A stretch of DNA of 62,653 bases, filler included, from Collodictyon triciliatum (taxonomy: Eukaryota), in assembly GCA_043381765.1 (NCBI GenBank). It is 13 parts of 12 records of this genome, joined end to end, with 100 filler letters (N's around TTAATTAATTAA, not from the genome) between each part and the next. Parts side by side here need not be neighbours in the genome. Positions count along the whole stretch, not along the records: positions 26,223 to 31,343 come from JBHJMP010005461.1; positions 31,444 to 36,563 come from JBHJMP010005462.1; positions 36,664 to 41,783 come from JBHJMP010005463.1; positions 41,884 to 47,001 come from JBHJMP010005464.1; 9 more parts are not named here. The stretch is one strand, 5' to 3'. A program made the translations under genes and the position numbers. This document shows positions 27,151 through 45,704 of the stretch, piece after piece. How positions within the stretch are numbered: position 1 is the stretch's first letter; each line of letters opens with the position of its first letter. A model generated the notes under the pieces. The model did not search any database. It worked only from the letters and a program-made list of their open reading frames with translations, and was not told the origin of the DNA.

Positions 27151-28167
27151 ATGTCACTTCTCCGTCTGTCTGCCCTGCTGGGAAGTCGTGCCGCACTGCA
27201 AGGCTCTCAATTCGCTGCTCGATCTGCGGTCGGTCTCTTGTCCACCCTCCCAAAACCTTTCCTCCTTTACGCTAGCATCGAAGGGTTTCTTTCTTTGCCT
27301 GCGTGTATACCAAACCCACAAGCCGTGGGGAAATAATACTGTTCAAATGAGATATAGTCATAACCATACTCTCAACATAATTCACTTCGCGCTCTATACT
27401 GATGTACAGACCCCCACGCAAATGTCCAGGTTTTTGGGACAACGCCAGCGCGTCTATTCTGGAGCAATAGCTCGGACAACAAGCAGAAGACAGAGGAAGG
27501 GCACAAGAAGAGTGGGACTGCAGAGCCTGCAACCGAGGAAACACAACAGGAAGCAGCAAATAACAATCCCAACACCAACACAAGCACGCACGAGAACTCA
27601 GACTCCGGGGCAAACGCCAATGGCGAGCATGAGACAGCTGGCGAGGCACCCACAGAAAAGGAGCTGCAGCTGATGGAGCAAAACAAGCGCCTGAAAGAGC
27701 GACTTCTCTACGCACATGCAGAGATGGAAAACACGCGCCGCCGTGCTCAGTTAGACGTGGAGAATGAGCGCACATATGGCATCGGCAAGTTTGGCAAGTC
27801 GCTGCTCGACGTAGCTGACAGCCTTTCCTTGGCCCTCAAGCACTCGCCATCAGGCGCAGACGTCTCTAAAGTCCCGCCAGCTGACCTTCAGAACCAGCTG
27901 AATCAGCTTCACGAGGGTGTGGTCATGACAGAGAAGCAGCTGCACAAGGTCCTTTCTCAGCACGGCATCAAGCGCTTCGACTCCAAGCTCAAGAAGTTTG
28001 ACCCGGCCTACCATTCTGCCCTCTTTGAAATCCCGTCTGTTGCGACAAGCACTTTGCCCAACGGTCCGTACGAGGCAGGCACGGTTGTCGAGGTCTTGAA
28101 GGAGGGCTTCACCATTGGCGACCGCATCCTGCGCCCTGCTGAGGTTGGTGTGGTTCGCAAGGACTGA
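27151..28167 (+). CDS. grpE: Mitochondrial GrpE nucleotide-exchange factor (one intron, about 27233-27409)
   Basis: Presequence-like MSLLRLSALLGSRAAL. GrpE motifs AEMENTRRR, KFGKSLLDVADSL, FDPAYHSALF and GFTIGDRILRPAEVGV. Confidence 0.95.
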
Positions 28168-28822
28168 GTCAGACCTGTAAAGTTGGGCTCACTCGACCGA
28201 TATTGATGTGTCTTGGTTGGTGGGGATGGTGATTTCTTTGCGTCGTGTGTTTGTGGGTTTAGCGGGTTGTGCAGAAATCTGGATTTAGCGAGGTTAACCG
28301 CGTGCACCCTTGATATCCAGAAAAGAAAATGTTCCATGAATTGTGTGTTCTCGTCAACACAACCTCATGCGGACAAATTCAATGAAACAAATGAGTCCAC
28401 ATCAAGCGAATAGACGTCAGTTTTGAATTTTCGAATCGATTGTCCTTCGGGTGACCCAATGTTGATTTTGGTTGTGCTGTTTATTTTCCTCCCTTTAATG
28501 CCCTATAACGTCTGGCGCGGAAACTAGCGAGCAGAAATCAGAGACGGATGCGCGCAAGACAGAAATTCGATCAGCAAAGCAGCCGCGTCACAACTCAATA
28601 GAAAGACTGTGGCTCGAAAGGGGACTCTGAAGGTAGTTTAGACACGAAACACAGCAGAAGCAAAGCACGAGTTGTAAATGTGGTTCCATGTTTCTTGCTC
28701 TTCTTTGGTAGTTTCTGGGGCAACGTTTTGTGATTCTTCACGTGGTGATCTTTCTGTAGACTGAAATGTTTGCGTAGCAGAAACAACCACCACACAACTC
28801 TAAAGTCGAGGAAGAAAAGAGA

Positions 28823-30904
<2,082 letters not shown>

Positions 30905-31246
30905 ACCACTCGCCCTCCCTCCTGCACAGCCCAGTCAGATGAAGATCTATCTACTAGAAACCGATATCGAAGAGATATTCAAAGATACGAGAAGGAATGA
31001 AAGAAATTATCATCACCTTCCATTTTGCATATTGCAAGTCGGAATCCCAGTTTCGTTTCATATCCACTATTGGTGAAGATGTCTAGGAAAATTTTTTATC
31101 ACGAAGCCAATGAAGATTACAACACACCCCCACCAGAGCCTTTTTTTTTTTAATTTTTTTATCCTATTTCTATTCCTTTTTTTCTTTATTCTCGCCAATC
31201 TTTGCATCTTCACGTCTTTCAACGCTCTTCCTTTACTTGTCTCACT

Positions 31247-31335
<89 letters not shown>

Positions 31336-31547
31336 CCTCTCACNNNNNNNNNNNNNNNNNNNNNNNNNNNNNNNNNNNNNNNNNNNNTTAATTAATTAAN
31401 NNNNNNNNNNNNNNNNNNNNNNNNNNNNNNNNNNNNNNNNNNNTTTGTTTGTTTGTTTGTTTGTTTGTTTGTTTGTTTGTTTGTTTGTTTGTTTGTTTGT
31501 TTGTTTGTTTGTTTGTTTGTTTGTTTGTTTGTTTGTTTGTTAAACAG

Positions 31548-35925
<4,378 letters not shown>

Positions 35926-36451
35926 GAATAAAGACCGGAGCATCTCTCTCCACCCTTTTTCCAGAGATGGATTCATTTTCATGACGTCACTAAATTACCG
36001 ATTCAGCCACAACAACCACACTGTGGTTTCGATGTCGATTTCCCTTATGCGTCCCCGCAACAACCACAACTGGTATAAACTAGGCCTGTGAATTTTCCCA
36101 TTCCCGTCGCGAGTCGCACTTGGTCATGCGCGGCCTAATTCAAAGGCACAATAGCCTCGTAACACGTTGGAAGCACCAATCACGCCGCTGGACATACCTG
36201 TCTCAAAGGGGCTTTGACAAGAACCAGTCACAAGGCTGCCTCTATCAGACGCAGAGTTCTCTCCGTCGAGAAAGCGAAGCAGATAACGACGCAAAAGAAA
36301 TACCACTACGAACCGCAACTTGAGCATATTTTCTTCTTTTCCTTTCTCTACCTTGTGTCTAACAGCACGACTAATCCTGTGTTTTGTTTTGTTTTGTTTT
36401 GTTTTGTTTTGTTTTGTTTTGTTTTGTTTTGTTTTGTTTTGTTTTGTTTTG

Positions 36452-36482
<31 letters not shown>

Positions 36483-36663
36483 TTTATGTTTTGTTATGTT
36501 TTGTTATGTTTTGTTATGTTTTGTTATGTTTTGTTATGTTTTGTTATGTTTTGTATTGTATTANNNNNNNNNNNNNNNNNNNNNNNNNNNNNNNNNNNNN
36601 NNNNNNNTTAATTAATTAANNNNNNNNNNNNNNNNNNNNNNNNNNNNNNNNNNNNNNNNNNNN

Positions 36664-36757
<94 letters not shown>

Positions 36758-37073
36758 GGAAACAAAAAAATGACGTATCGAGCTCAAGCCGTCAACCCAC
36801 GGGTAGCAAGATAATAATGATTATAGTGCTCGGAATTAGTTTCTCAGAGTCACTCCGGTTTTTTTATTTTTTATTTTTCCTTTTCTCATTCCCTTTGCGA
36901 ATCACGGGTGCACTTGCTGGTCACTTATAAAAAACTTTGTGTATTTGTTTGCCACAATGTGCACATTTTGAAAGTCTCGGTAGATGCTTAATTTTACCTG
37001 AAATGATATTATGCAGGTGTTATATATATTTAAACTGACTAATTGACTAAAGTTTTATTAAATTAAAAAATAA

Positions 37074-39038
37074 GTAGTTTCCGAAAGGAAAAAGTAAAAC
37101 AAAGACTTTCAGGTGAAGAAGAGAAAGCGCCTTGAGTTTGAGAATCTAAAGTCTGTAAAACCAGACTATTGAAATGTGAAAACATCTCTGAAGTCGATTG
37201 TAAAGAATGCAAATGACTATGACAAAATCGACGATACGGCTTTATTGTGTCATAATTTGGTTACCGACACTTATCTGTTTCCAAGGTGTTACATATTGAA
37301 ATCCCAAATCCCAAAAATCGATGAAAAGTTTTTTGTACGCTTTAAAGACAATCAGAGTAGTTTCACAAGATAGACTCGCAATATTTTTAAAAAAACCAGG
37401 TTTGAGAGAAGACATGATGACTTTTTATCTCAATGATTTTCGATTCTTTTTGTCCCAAGAAAAACGCATTCCGTTGGTTGGACTGTCTCATGTATCACCG
37501 TACTTGGTGAAGCAAATGTTAACATCTTATCATAATAACATTAAGGAACATTTTGTTAAGAGGTTACTGCGCTTTATAAATCAAACAGTCCCTAAAGATG
37601 AGAATATTACATAAGCTATTAAAAAAAGCAGAGTTACGAAAATTAAAAAAGGCCATCTTCAAGAAACTCAAAATACCAGAACAATATAAAGAGTGGGCTT
37701 GAATGCTTTTGCATCGTATCATTCCCAGCCACATTGTAAAAGCTATCGAATATGACGCCAAATTCAATCCAAATAAGTACACTCCATGTCTGATTTACAT
37801 GAGTCGCATTTTTGAGGACATTGAACACAAACTGTTTCAACGAATCCCTATAAGAACTGCCAATATACCATGTTATATTTCTCTAAATACCGCATGTCTG
37901 ATAGATATGTTAGTATCAACTGGAAAACATTATTACTGAAGAATATATCATGATGCAAAGATACCTATGGGATAATTTCTATGCAATAAAGAGAGAGTCT
38001 TTCATCAAAGAGACTACATTTTTAAATACATGATACAAACAGACGGCTAGGCGGTGTCATTATTGTTTGAAAAGAAAGGTATTTCAAATTCAAATCCAAT
38101 TTAATCAAAAAATCCAAGATTATGTTTATATGGATGAACTTTCCGAAGAGCAGCTATCTTTATTAGAGACGAAAAATACAGCTGGAGTGGATGCAGGCAA
38201 GTTTAATTTGGTTTCCATGGTGGATGAGACAGGTAAGAAATTACGTTACACGATACACCAAAGAAGACGTGATAGTAAATCTCTTAAAAATCACAAAATA
38301 CTCTTGCGCGAGAAAAAAGAAAAGTACAATGCTTCAGGGATATGCATGGCAACAGATTTACAAAGTGCTATTTCTTTTGGTCCCTTGACTTTTGAAGAGA
38401 ATCAGCGGTTTGGGTTATTAAGAATATCTTTAATCGATTTAGAGACAAAACTGAGTAAATATAATTCATGCACCGTCGATTATGAAAAATTTCGAAAATG
38501 TATATCTATGAAATCAAGAAACCAGATAGAATTATCCAGATTTTATGAACAAGTAACTTTTCGAAAGATGATATGGAGACAGTATGTTAATACAAAAAGA
38601 AGTGAAGAATTGTTTATGGACCGAATCGAAATGACTTTTGGGCAATGATGTTATACTGGCGTATGGAGACTGGAGCAGAAAATGTCCGATGAAACATTTT
38701 ACGCCAACAATCGGAAGAGGATTACGAAAAATACTATTCAAAAGTTTTGAAACCGTATTGTAAATGAATTTAGAACCTCCAAGATATGATGCATCTGCGA
38801 AAAAGAACTAGAATACATGAAACCGAAGGGAAATTCAAAAAAGGTGTATGGATGTCTCATATGTAAAGAATAAAATCGCTTAGAAAGCAATCAAGGCGCA
38901 TTTTCGACAATGGACTTTAACAGCGCTAAAAATATACTCAAGAAAGTTCTTTTAATCCTTCAAAATATGCATATATCTCCTCTAAAATATATCGTCGGGC
39001 CTCTCCTGGCAGCCATCACCACTACACAACCTTTGTGA
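37074..39038 (+). pseudogene. Fanzor1 (eukaryotic TnpB-like RNA-guided RuvC nuclease), inactivated by stops and frameshifts
   Basis: Reconstruction gives VKTSLKSIVKN...TYLF, MLTSYHNNIKEHF, IQTDG (38033-47) and RuvC-I GVDAG (D at 38190). It continues with ETKLSKYNS..VDYEKF, FRKMIWRQY, LAYGDWS (38656-76) and PTIGRGLRK. RuvC-II NEFRTSK (E at 38766), a decayed zinc ribbon (*CIC...CKE*) and RuvC-III MDFNSAKNI (D at 38913) follow. No obvious spliceosomal intron is required. Confidence 0.9.
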
Positions 39039-39196
39039 AAAAAGTAGTGAGACCTTTGATGCTAGCGCACCAGGTTTACCAATCTTTCTATCGGTATACC
39101 TCTCTTAGTCTATACTATAAAAAACAAGACTGATTAGTTTGTCAGTTACCGATTCAGGTTACAAAATTGATGGCTTTTTTTTTTCAAATGGTTCGG
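39011..39196 (+). ncRNA. Candidate Fanzor omegaRNA scaffold
   Basis: Overlaps the Fanzor 3' end. Nested complementarities are AGCCATCA/TGATGGCT, CACTAC/GTAGTG, ATCGGTA/TACCGAT and ACTGA/TCAGT. Confidence 0.6.
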
Positions 39197-40300
39197 AAAG
39201 CCTTATTAAAACAAAAATAAAGAGAAAGGCGTGCGCAAGAATTTCTTTTCGAGTCAAGCCTGTGCTTCATACAAATATTCTCATATTTAAATTGTTGCTT
39301 GTCAATCAAGAATGTAATTCCCACAAAGAAAATGAATCACATCCAGATATTGAGCGCTAAGGATATCATTAGTTCACACTGCCACAGAAATGGATGCTCC
39401 CTTCACATTTCAACAGGCCGCTGGTTGCGTGCGATTGGATGCATTCTCACTGGCCAAAGCAAATGGGTTGTTTTGATTGCTGGTGAATAATATGTTTGTG
39501 CATTTCGCCGACAAGACAATCAAACGACGATTTTCGTCCAGAGCTTTTCGCCAGAAAGAGCAGCACAAGCCTAAAAGACTGAAACGGCAATTATTTCCAC
39601 AATTTCATTCGAATCGCTTTCTTGTTTCATACTGTCTCATAGAAATTCAGAGTACATTATTATGATAGTATATGTAATTTTGTGCTAATTATGTTTATTA
39701 ATTTAAAACAGGAACTCACATTTTTAAAAAATTATGTAATTATAATATAATTTCCACATACATATGAATGTTCCAGATACGTTTCAAGCGAACATCCAAA
39801 TTTGGCGCAGGAACATTCGCTTAATAAGTTCCTCTTTCGGAAAACTGAAAGAGAAAAAACAAACAAAGGAGGGCGGAGAATGCGTTGTGTGCTTTTGGTT
39901 GTGGGAATCGCAGGAAGGATTGGGAATCTCGCAGCGCAAGCAGAGCGATATGTTGTGCATTGGGAATGTCGCGACGTTGCAAGCGCCAGGCAAAGAGTCA
40001 AGTCCAACAGAGCAGGAAGGAATGCCTTTTTTTCTTTTCAGCTGCGCAAAGTTGAATGCCTTTCGTCTCTTCTGTTGCGGTAGACGGCACAAAACCTTCC
40101 TGCGCCTGGGTTTGTTCAATTGCTTTGCCTCGAGACTGCATGAATACGGAGCCCGTCAAAATCACATCACATCTGACTCGCTTATAGAAGAAAAATATAT
40201 TATTGGGGAGTGATGTGACAGAGAACTACTCGGCGGTTTGGGCGAGTGACCCACGGAAAGCTTATCATGAAGCTACCTGGCACGCTTTCAAAGATTATCC

Positions 40301-41741
40301 ATGACTGACTCTTTCCACGATTTTCCCAGAAAGCCTAGTCTAGCACAGAGAAAATCACTTAGAAAAGAAATCACAGAAAAGCGACAATCAAAGGGAATCA
40401 AAGGCAAATCGTAAAGAAAAGTGCTGCGATGAGTTGGCCCACCATGTTTGCTCTGTCACCAATCACCATTTGGACGTGCTTCCTATTGATCTACTCCTCT
40501 CTAGGTCAACATTTATGTTTCAGATTTATGTGTTTTAATCTCCATCCTACATACATGAGCATGACCATCCATTATTGTGAACGACCAAACCAATGATTCA
40601 ATAATAATTGCATACTCAAAGACGCTGTGAGCTTAGACTGGATTCAAGCAGATTCGCAGCCCCCTGCAATCATCCATGGCTCTGTTGCATCCAACTCAAC
40701 ACACATTTACTTGTTTGGGAGGATACCGTAGCGATGCAAAGCTCTCATCTTCTAGTGTGGAATTCACAGACATGGACCTTATTTATCTTTTGAGAGATAC
40801 TAATGCAGGTTACTCACCTTCAAGAATCAAAGGAAAAAAAAAGGGAGACCCATCGCCTTATTCATCCAAAATGTTTCTCTCATATAAAAATAATCACCCA
40901 GTTTTCTCCTTTTAAAAAATTACTCAAAATAAAAGCCACATTCAGCTGGGAGTTGATTCGAGCATCCGGAGACATTCCTTCAAAAAGATACGGAGCCTGT
41001 GCAGTCCTCACTAACAACAAGTTTGTATACAATTAAATACCTACAATTACTTACACAGAGCCAATAATGATATTGAAATGAAAAAATAAACACCAGTATG
41101 AATGAATTCGATATATACTGGCGCATTAGAATGTTTCGGTTGGGAAGTACTCATACAAAATTGTTGATTAAAGGATATATCTTTACGGAGGATTCAACAA
41201 GAATGGCAAGGGAGACCTTTTTACATTCATTCTTCATCTTGGTTCGAGGTTAGCCAATATGTGCAAGATGCACGATTGAGAGTTTTACTTCTTTTTTTAT
41301 AAAAAATATTCATTATATAGTATATGGACTCGGATTTCTATCTCTGGGCCGAGCAGTTCCGTTCCATCAAATAGAATGGGCCATGCGTGCATAGCAAATG
41401 GCACTTCCATTTACATGACTTCTGGATGGCTAGAGAAGAGCTTGGCAGACGGTTCGCAGATTTCGACGGAAACGTGGAGATTCTCAACAAGTTTATACTA
41501 AATGCCATATAGACAATAATGAACACATTATGCATAAATCATCTAGTTTTTCATGAAATTTTAATAAAAAAATTGTGGCATGACACAAAAGTAACGAACG
41601 AGTGGAGTCTGATTCAGCAAAATGGGCCATCGTCATTGGGGAGATACCACTTTTCATCTTTCGTTTACAACAGCAAGTGGAGAATTATGATGGGTACAAC
41701 TGGACAAGAATTACCTCTGCAAATTTTAGATTTTGACTTCG
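40301..41741 (+). CDS. Kelch-repeat protein (3' truncated; one apparent frameshift)
   Basis: Kelch segments HIYLFG(G)Y, GDIPSKRYGACAV...IYLYGGF, PSNRMGHACIANGTSIYMTSGW and GRYHFSSFVYN. Confidence 0.8.
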
Positions 41742-42033
41742 GTAAGTTCGATGAGTGCTTCATTTCCAAATCATAAAATGAAANNNNNNNNNNNNNNNNN
41801 NNNNNNNNNNNNNNNNNNNNNNNNNNNTTAATTAATTAANNNNNNNNNNNNNNNNNNNNNNNNNNNNNNNNNNNNNNNNNNNNGCTGCTTCTTTTTTATT
41901 CTTTTTTTATTCTTTTTATTCTTTTTACTCTTTTTATTCTTTTTATTCTTTTTATTCTTTTTATTCTTTTTATTCTTTTTATTCTTTTTATTCTTTTTAT
42001 TCTTTTTATTCTTTTTATTCATTATATTTACAG

Positions 42034-44018
42034 AGGACCCAATATACGTGACGGACGCCTGGTTCAAAATTGGTGAAGATTTAATTACAAGGTTTGGTGG
42101 TTCCCTTCAAATTTAGCAAATAAAGTTATTCTTAGTCCCTTAGTATTTTGAATAATATCAGTGAAATGGTGATTCCTTAGATAATAATAAAATATATGAT
42201 GAACCTTTCTTGATGTAGCATATCCACAGCACCCACCCCGCCTGCTATAATTGCTGGATCTTTTGATGGACGTGTCAGACTATTGTCCATGACAGGTTAT
42301 TTTGGTTTTTTTTTTTTTAACGAATACATGTGATGTTTTGTTTCAAACATGGTGAGTTAATTTATTTTCAGCTGTGTCCACTTCATGGCGTGTTACAAGG
42401 GAATATATGTCGAAAGGTATTTATATGCAGTTACATTCTACTAGGTTCTGTTCATGGATCTTTGACGCAAAGCAAGAGGGTAATACAGCTGAAATGTCTT
42501 CTTTTTTTTTTTTTATAAAGCATGGATATCTCGATTAATCTATTTATGTAATTACTAGCACCATACTTTCTATTCAGAAAATTAAATAATCTCTCCTTCA
42601 CTGCAGGCAGTATGGGGCTATCCCGTCGATATGGAACAGGCGAATAGATCTATGAATCTTGAAGCTCAAAGCACGCTTCAAACATGTGACTCGTTGCTTT
42701 TGTCAGAGGTGAAGTAAAATATTGCGTTTCAGATATATAATCTCAACAACATCGCTTTACAATATGGTGCTTAAGTGCCGATTTTCCCGTGGCTATTTGC
42801 AAAATATGTGAGAAAATACTTGAACGGATTTTTATTCAAAAAATCAAACTTTGCGCCATATAGTCTATGATGAAAAAGAACGCTGATGGCTTTTTAGACT
42901 CTCACTCTCCTCGAGATATCAGGATGAATGTAATTTCATTTATATAATTCGATGAGGACAATCGCAATCTGATTTCTAACCTACCTTCATGCTCCCTTTA
43001 TATTTTTTTTTAACTAGATACAAATGCTAAGTCCTTTTTATCATGACTTCAAACAAAGCAGAGATGGAAATGCAATTGTGCGCCCTTTTTGTAGGGGCTG
43101 CTTCTATCCCATAATCTGCAATTCCTTTGCTCATATGCATAGCTACATACATCAAACTGAAAGCAATTCCTCTTGCATACTGTTTCCTGATGAATATATA
43201 ATTCTAGTTATGCCCCACCAAAAAATGTCATCAGCTAAAGAAGTGATTATGAACCGTACACTTTTATTGATATAAAAATTAAAACGTTTTGATGATCGTT
43301 AATTTTCCTGTTTCTCATATATCTGATTGTGCTTCTCTATCTTTATATGTGTCATTCTTATTATTCTATGCATTTTTTTTTTAAAAAAAAAAAGCAAGTG
43401 CTCTTTTCATATGTGAACTTTTAGGCGCCCTGGAAATTATGTCGTCGAAAAAAGCGCAGCGGAGGTCACAGACTCCAGTCACCGACCCAGTCGGGTTCGT
43501 TCATCATCTTCATGTCTCACAGTTTTATACTCGCTTTCGTTGGAGCAATTCAACCGATATATGCATGATGCTTGAGCCAACATATGTATATATATTCACT
43601 AGGTCCCGTGGAGCCTCACGTGCAGGCAATCAGTCCTCAATTGGATTCTCTGACCTGGCAGCAGACATTCCCCCCAGAGCGCGGTCAGAGACGCCCTCGC
43701 GCTCATTCACAAAGTCCCAAAAGAGTGCTGGCAGAGGCAGCCCCCAAAGCAACAAAACCATGAAACCTGGTGAACTGAAGGTTGGTCTTTGAATCTAATT
43801 TATGTATTTGCTAAAAAAAAATAATTTGATATCTTTTTATTCTATATAACACTGCATACGATTTTATTAAGTGTTTATTTTTCGAAAAGATGCCTTCTAT
43901 AAAACAAAAAGCTTTCTATTTATCTATGATATTGTCATTATTTCTTTCCCTTTCTCCTTCACTCACTCGCATACTTTTCTAGTTGCCCCCGATGCCGAAG
44001 TTTAAGAGCTTTTCCTAG
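42034..44018 (+). CDS. C-terminal exons of a probable WD40-repeat protein
   Basis: Exon PAIIAGSFDGRVRLLSM, followed by several GT-AG exons ending LPPMPKFKSFS*. Confidence 0.45.
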
Positions 44019-45608
44019 TAAATGGCATGCTTCTATGATGGGCATGTTCTGCTTCGGATGTTTATTTATCTCTCAATTCTTCTCTTGCGATCCACCTTGG
44101 TTTATTTTGATGCTGCCCTCCAAAGTGGTTTTTCGTGGGAAATGTTCTGATGTATATACCAAAATATGGTTGGTGCAGTGATAAACGTCAACTTCATCTT
44201 TTCTGAGATAAAGAATTAATACATTTATTCGCAAAACTAACAGCTATTTGCGTGTTGGTAAAATCTTGATGATTATTCACGTGTTTTCCACAAACTTAAT
44301 CGCTTTCTGAAACAAGAGCGAACAGTTGTCGATCGTCGGAGGACTTTCTGTGCATACCTTCACTCAACAAACCAAAACGACTCTGCCGTGCTTCAAAAGA
44401 AAAAAGAGTTTATTAATACCCAACGCTAGCAACCTCCGCTTTGTCTTGATAACAAAAGTAATCGAATTCTCACTATTTTATTTGACTTTGTTTTTGAAAT
44501 TCTTTTTATTTTCGTTTCTTTACTACTAATGTGCTCATGGAAAGTAAGGAAATGCATCAAAGAATGACGCGACGTTGATGCGGTGGTCTAGTTCATGCAT
44601 CGCATAGAGAAATCATGAAGCTTTCCCTTTGTTTTCTTGATGTTTGTTGACGATTTTAAAATACAGACGACGTGCTCGGCCTCGTGTGTTATGTGTGAAA
44701 TATTCAAGCAGAGCAGACTTTCTGCACGATGATTGCGGATGTCTTGACTACTACAAGGCTTTGGATGATTTCATCAACATCGTCATCACTGCCACAGTCT
44801 TCGTCATAGGTTTCATCGTAGTTTTCGTTTTCGCGGTTTTTTCCAAGCATGGAGATGTTCATCTGTGCAAACGCCAGGAGCGAAGGCGAAGGCGATGGTG
44901 ATGGTGGTTGTGCGGGACTCCGTGGATGGATAATGTGCGGTGTTGTGTGGGGAAGTGTGTGCAGGCGGTCAGTTTGTTGGATGTAGCATCGCAGAAGAGA
45001 AGGCGGAGGACTCTGCGGTGTAAGCTTTGGTGCGTTCATGGTTGGACTTGTCTTTGCTCTTGTTGTTGTGTTGGCTTGGTGACTTCCGGGTGTTTTCTGG
45101 TAAGTGATTGCTAAGGAAGCGAATGCCACAGCAACCAGTAAAGAGGTGAAGGCGAAGGCGAAGGCGAAGGCGAAGGCGATGAAGCAACGGTGTTATATAT
45201 ACCCCGGAAACGAAGCGGAAAACCCGAAGAAGCACACACCCACCACAACGCCGCAAAAGGCAGCGATTGCAGTGAGCAGTGCGGTTTGGAGCGGAAATAC
45301 CGGATGGGGCTGCGACGGGCGGAGGTTCGGTGGCCGTTTGCGGGATAAGGAAGCTGCTATATTTGTCGCAAGGATACAGATGCGGACGTGTGGTGGGTGA
45401 TGGATGGGGCGCTGTAATCAGAGCCGTGTAAGGAAGGCGGGTCGGTGTTTGGTGATTGGCTCAGCCGGGTCGTTCATCTGCATGGCGATGAAGAGCGGTT
45501 GATGGAAGGAAAGAATAAATGAAGAGCAGATTGTTATGGGACACAGATGAAGGCAAAGCGGATGGGAGAGCATAAATTCCAGATTCTGCGACAGGGTTGA
45601 GCGAGTTG

Positions 45609-45670
<62 letters not shown>

Positions 45671-45704
45671 CATCCATCCATTTTATTTTATCTTTCATAT
45701 AATT

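Larger units (their letters stand above)
36956..39196 (+). mobile_element. Putative non-autonomous Fanzor-carrying element (boundaries inferred)
   Basis: The Fanzor remnant lies between TTTTGAAAGTCTCGG (36966-80, preceded by palindrome AATGTGCACATT) and TTTTCAAATGGTTCGG (39181-96). No transposase is recognisable. Confidence 0.5.

Noticed and set aside
44704-45129. 141-aa minus-strand ORF with P/S-rich and acidic tracts
   Set aside because: No recognisable domain and no clear start codon, so there is too little support for a CDS call.
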